This document shows, in pieces, positions 62,005 to 64,000 of a stretch of DNA of 64,000 bases (positions are counted from its first letter, which is position 1; every line of letters begins with the position of its first letter). Position numbers and translations under genes: made by a program. This DNA comes from Eledone cirrhosa (lineage: Eukaryota), in the NCBI GenBank assembly GCA_964016885.1, contig OZ024742.1:33542001-33606000 (forward strand), in the 5' to 3' direction. The notes below the pieces were generated by a model. The model searched no databases, was not told the DNA's origin, and saw only the letters and a program-made list of their open reading frames with translations.

Positions 62005-63375
62005 GGAGAGAGAGAGAGAGAGAGATTTATCTAGTCCTTCGCTCAAGATTAATCTATAAGTTTAGATGTTTGCCTTCGTTTAAGTAAATATTACAGTAAG
62101 ATTTTTAATATAAACAACTACAAAAAACAATTAATATTAAAACGAAAAAATTATCAATGATAAAAGAAGCGGATGCAACTTTTTTTTTTATAAAGTTATA
62201 TTCCTGTTTCTTTAAAGAACATTTCATTTTTGTTCTATTGTAGGCGAAATAATGCAATGGTTTAATAGGGAAGATATAACTTACCAATTATGTCTCTAAC
62301 CGTGTAACGCTTTTTAAGTAGATAACTACAATTGAAAATACTAAAGAAATGGAACCAACAATTCAATTTGAAAGTCGTCTAGTGACAGTGTATTACTGGT
62401 ACTTTATTTTATCGACCCCGTAACGATGAAAGGCAAAAATGCAAATGCTTAAAATTTAAATTGCCTTAATTCTATCGTCTGCTGTTTCATTAAAGGGAGA
62501 TTATCGTCTGTATTTAATTCTATCGTCTACTGTTCCACTAAACAGATATACCTCCACTATCGTCTCTATTTATACATTTTAACTTATAACTTATACACAT
62601 TTGATTTGAAATATTTTATCTAGTCCCCCCTCTCAATATTATGATGATTTCTTTCGAATGAAACAGTTCTAGTCCTGTAGAAGCCATTTATATATATAAT
62701 TGAACTGAGTTAAAAATTCACAATATTTATAATTAAATAAGCTCATATATATATGTGTGTATTTATCTGTTTATTGTATTATATATAATGTGTGTATATA
62801 CAGGATGTCCCCCAAAAATATATACACACTTCAACAGCATTCTAATAACTATTGCCTGTACAGGTAATCAAAGTGTCAATCGAATGTTAGTTTCGTGTTT
62901 TAACAGTACAAATTTACAATACACACATAAAACCAGTGTATATACATACATGAGTGTGTATACACATACATGAATGTGTATATACAATATATATGTATAT
63001 ATATATAGACACATATATTCACGGTGCAACGGTACATTAAAATATAGATGCGGGAGAGGGGGGGTGTATATATAGGGGCGCTGGGGATAAAGGAGTGTAA
63101 AGCGTGTGTAATTGATATATTGAAGGAGAGGAGCGTGCAGCGATAGAGTAACAAATATATAGAGAGGGGGAGAGATGGTATTGAAGGGGAGGAGTGCAAA
63201 GCGAAAGAGTAAGAGATATATATAGAGACGGAACAGATAGAGAGAAACAGGCGTAAGTAACAGTGGAAGAGATATAGAGAGAGGTACTCTGATTGGTTGA
63301 AAATTAGCCAATGACATACGATCACCACCACCACGGCTATCCCCGAAAAATGTTTAAAGAAGCTAGGCATATATG

Positions 63376-63485
63376 TTAGAACACGAAAAGTGAACATTCT
63401 GTTGTTTCACACTTTTCGTGTTCTAACAGATTAGAACACGAAAAGTGAACATTCTGTTGTTTCACACTTTTCGTGTTCTAACAGA
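63376..63485. repeat. 55-bp tandem duplication of a hairpin
   Basis: TTAGAACACGAAAAGTG...CACTTTTCGTGTTCTAACAGA x2. Confidence 0.9.
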
Positions 63486-64000
63486 TAAGGACGCGACGTT
63501 ATATCTATGTATCTATCTAAAAAGAAGGACTAAGAATTATAGAGAGAGATCGCTTTGCTCAAAACACTCACACGACCATAGGTATTACATGTGTAAAGTT
63601 TGAAAACAATCGGTTGGGTGGTTCTCGAATTTTAGGGAGTCAGACAGACAAACAGACAGACTCAATCGGTTTTGCACCTAGAAAGTTCCTCTTCGAGGTA
63701 GAAGCCTGGCTATGGTCTTTTTCGTCAAGACCAGCAGTAACGTATGCATACCAGACTTCCCTCTCAACACCACCGATGTTATCCAAGGGAAAGGCGAATG
63801 CATCTTGGAACCAGAAACATCGTAACTTATTCCTACAGCTGAGTAAACTGGAGCCATGTGAAATAAAGTGTTTTGCACGACGACACAAAACATTGCTTGG
63901 TCTGGGAATCAAACTTAAAACCGCATGATTGTGAATCCAACGTTCTAACCAACAAGCCATGCGCCTTCAGACAGGCAAGCAGGCCGAGTTAAATATGTAA

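Overview
Eukaryotic, AT-rich, repeat-dense genomic DNA. The SINE/RTE-LINE/microsatellite landscape resembles an octopus or other cephalopod (inferred, not proven). The window holds one intact host gene on the + strand: a fatty acid amide hydrolase (FAAH1-like, amidase signature family). I assembled it by hand from 17 GT-AG coding exons between 18502 and 57080 (1755 nt, 584 aa, no internal stops, Lys-Ser-Ser triad intact). The ORF track mostly misses it. The rest is transposon and repeat sequence: two long decayed RTE-clade LINEs with a PHD-type zinc finger inside the RT region, many SINEs, Helitron, maT/mariner, hAT and piggyBac MITEs, solo-LTR-like and Penelope fragments, several long hairpins, and a 4.8-kb 22-bp minisatellite in the last intron. 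That array produces the three spurious ~1600-aa ORFs. I found no convincing novel multi-gene system. The best leads are the PHD-in-RT LINE architecture, the variant-coded minisatellite, dsRNA-forming structures next to FAAH exons, and several local rearrangement scars.
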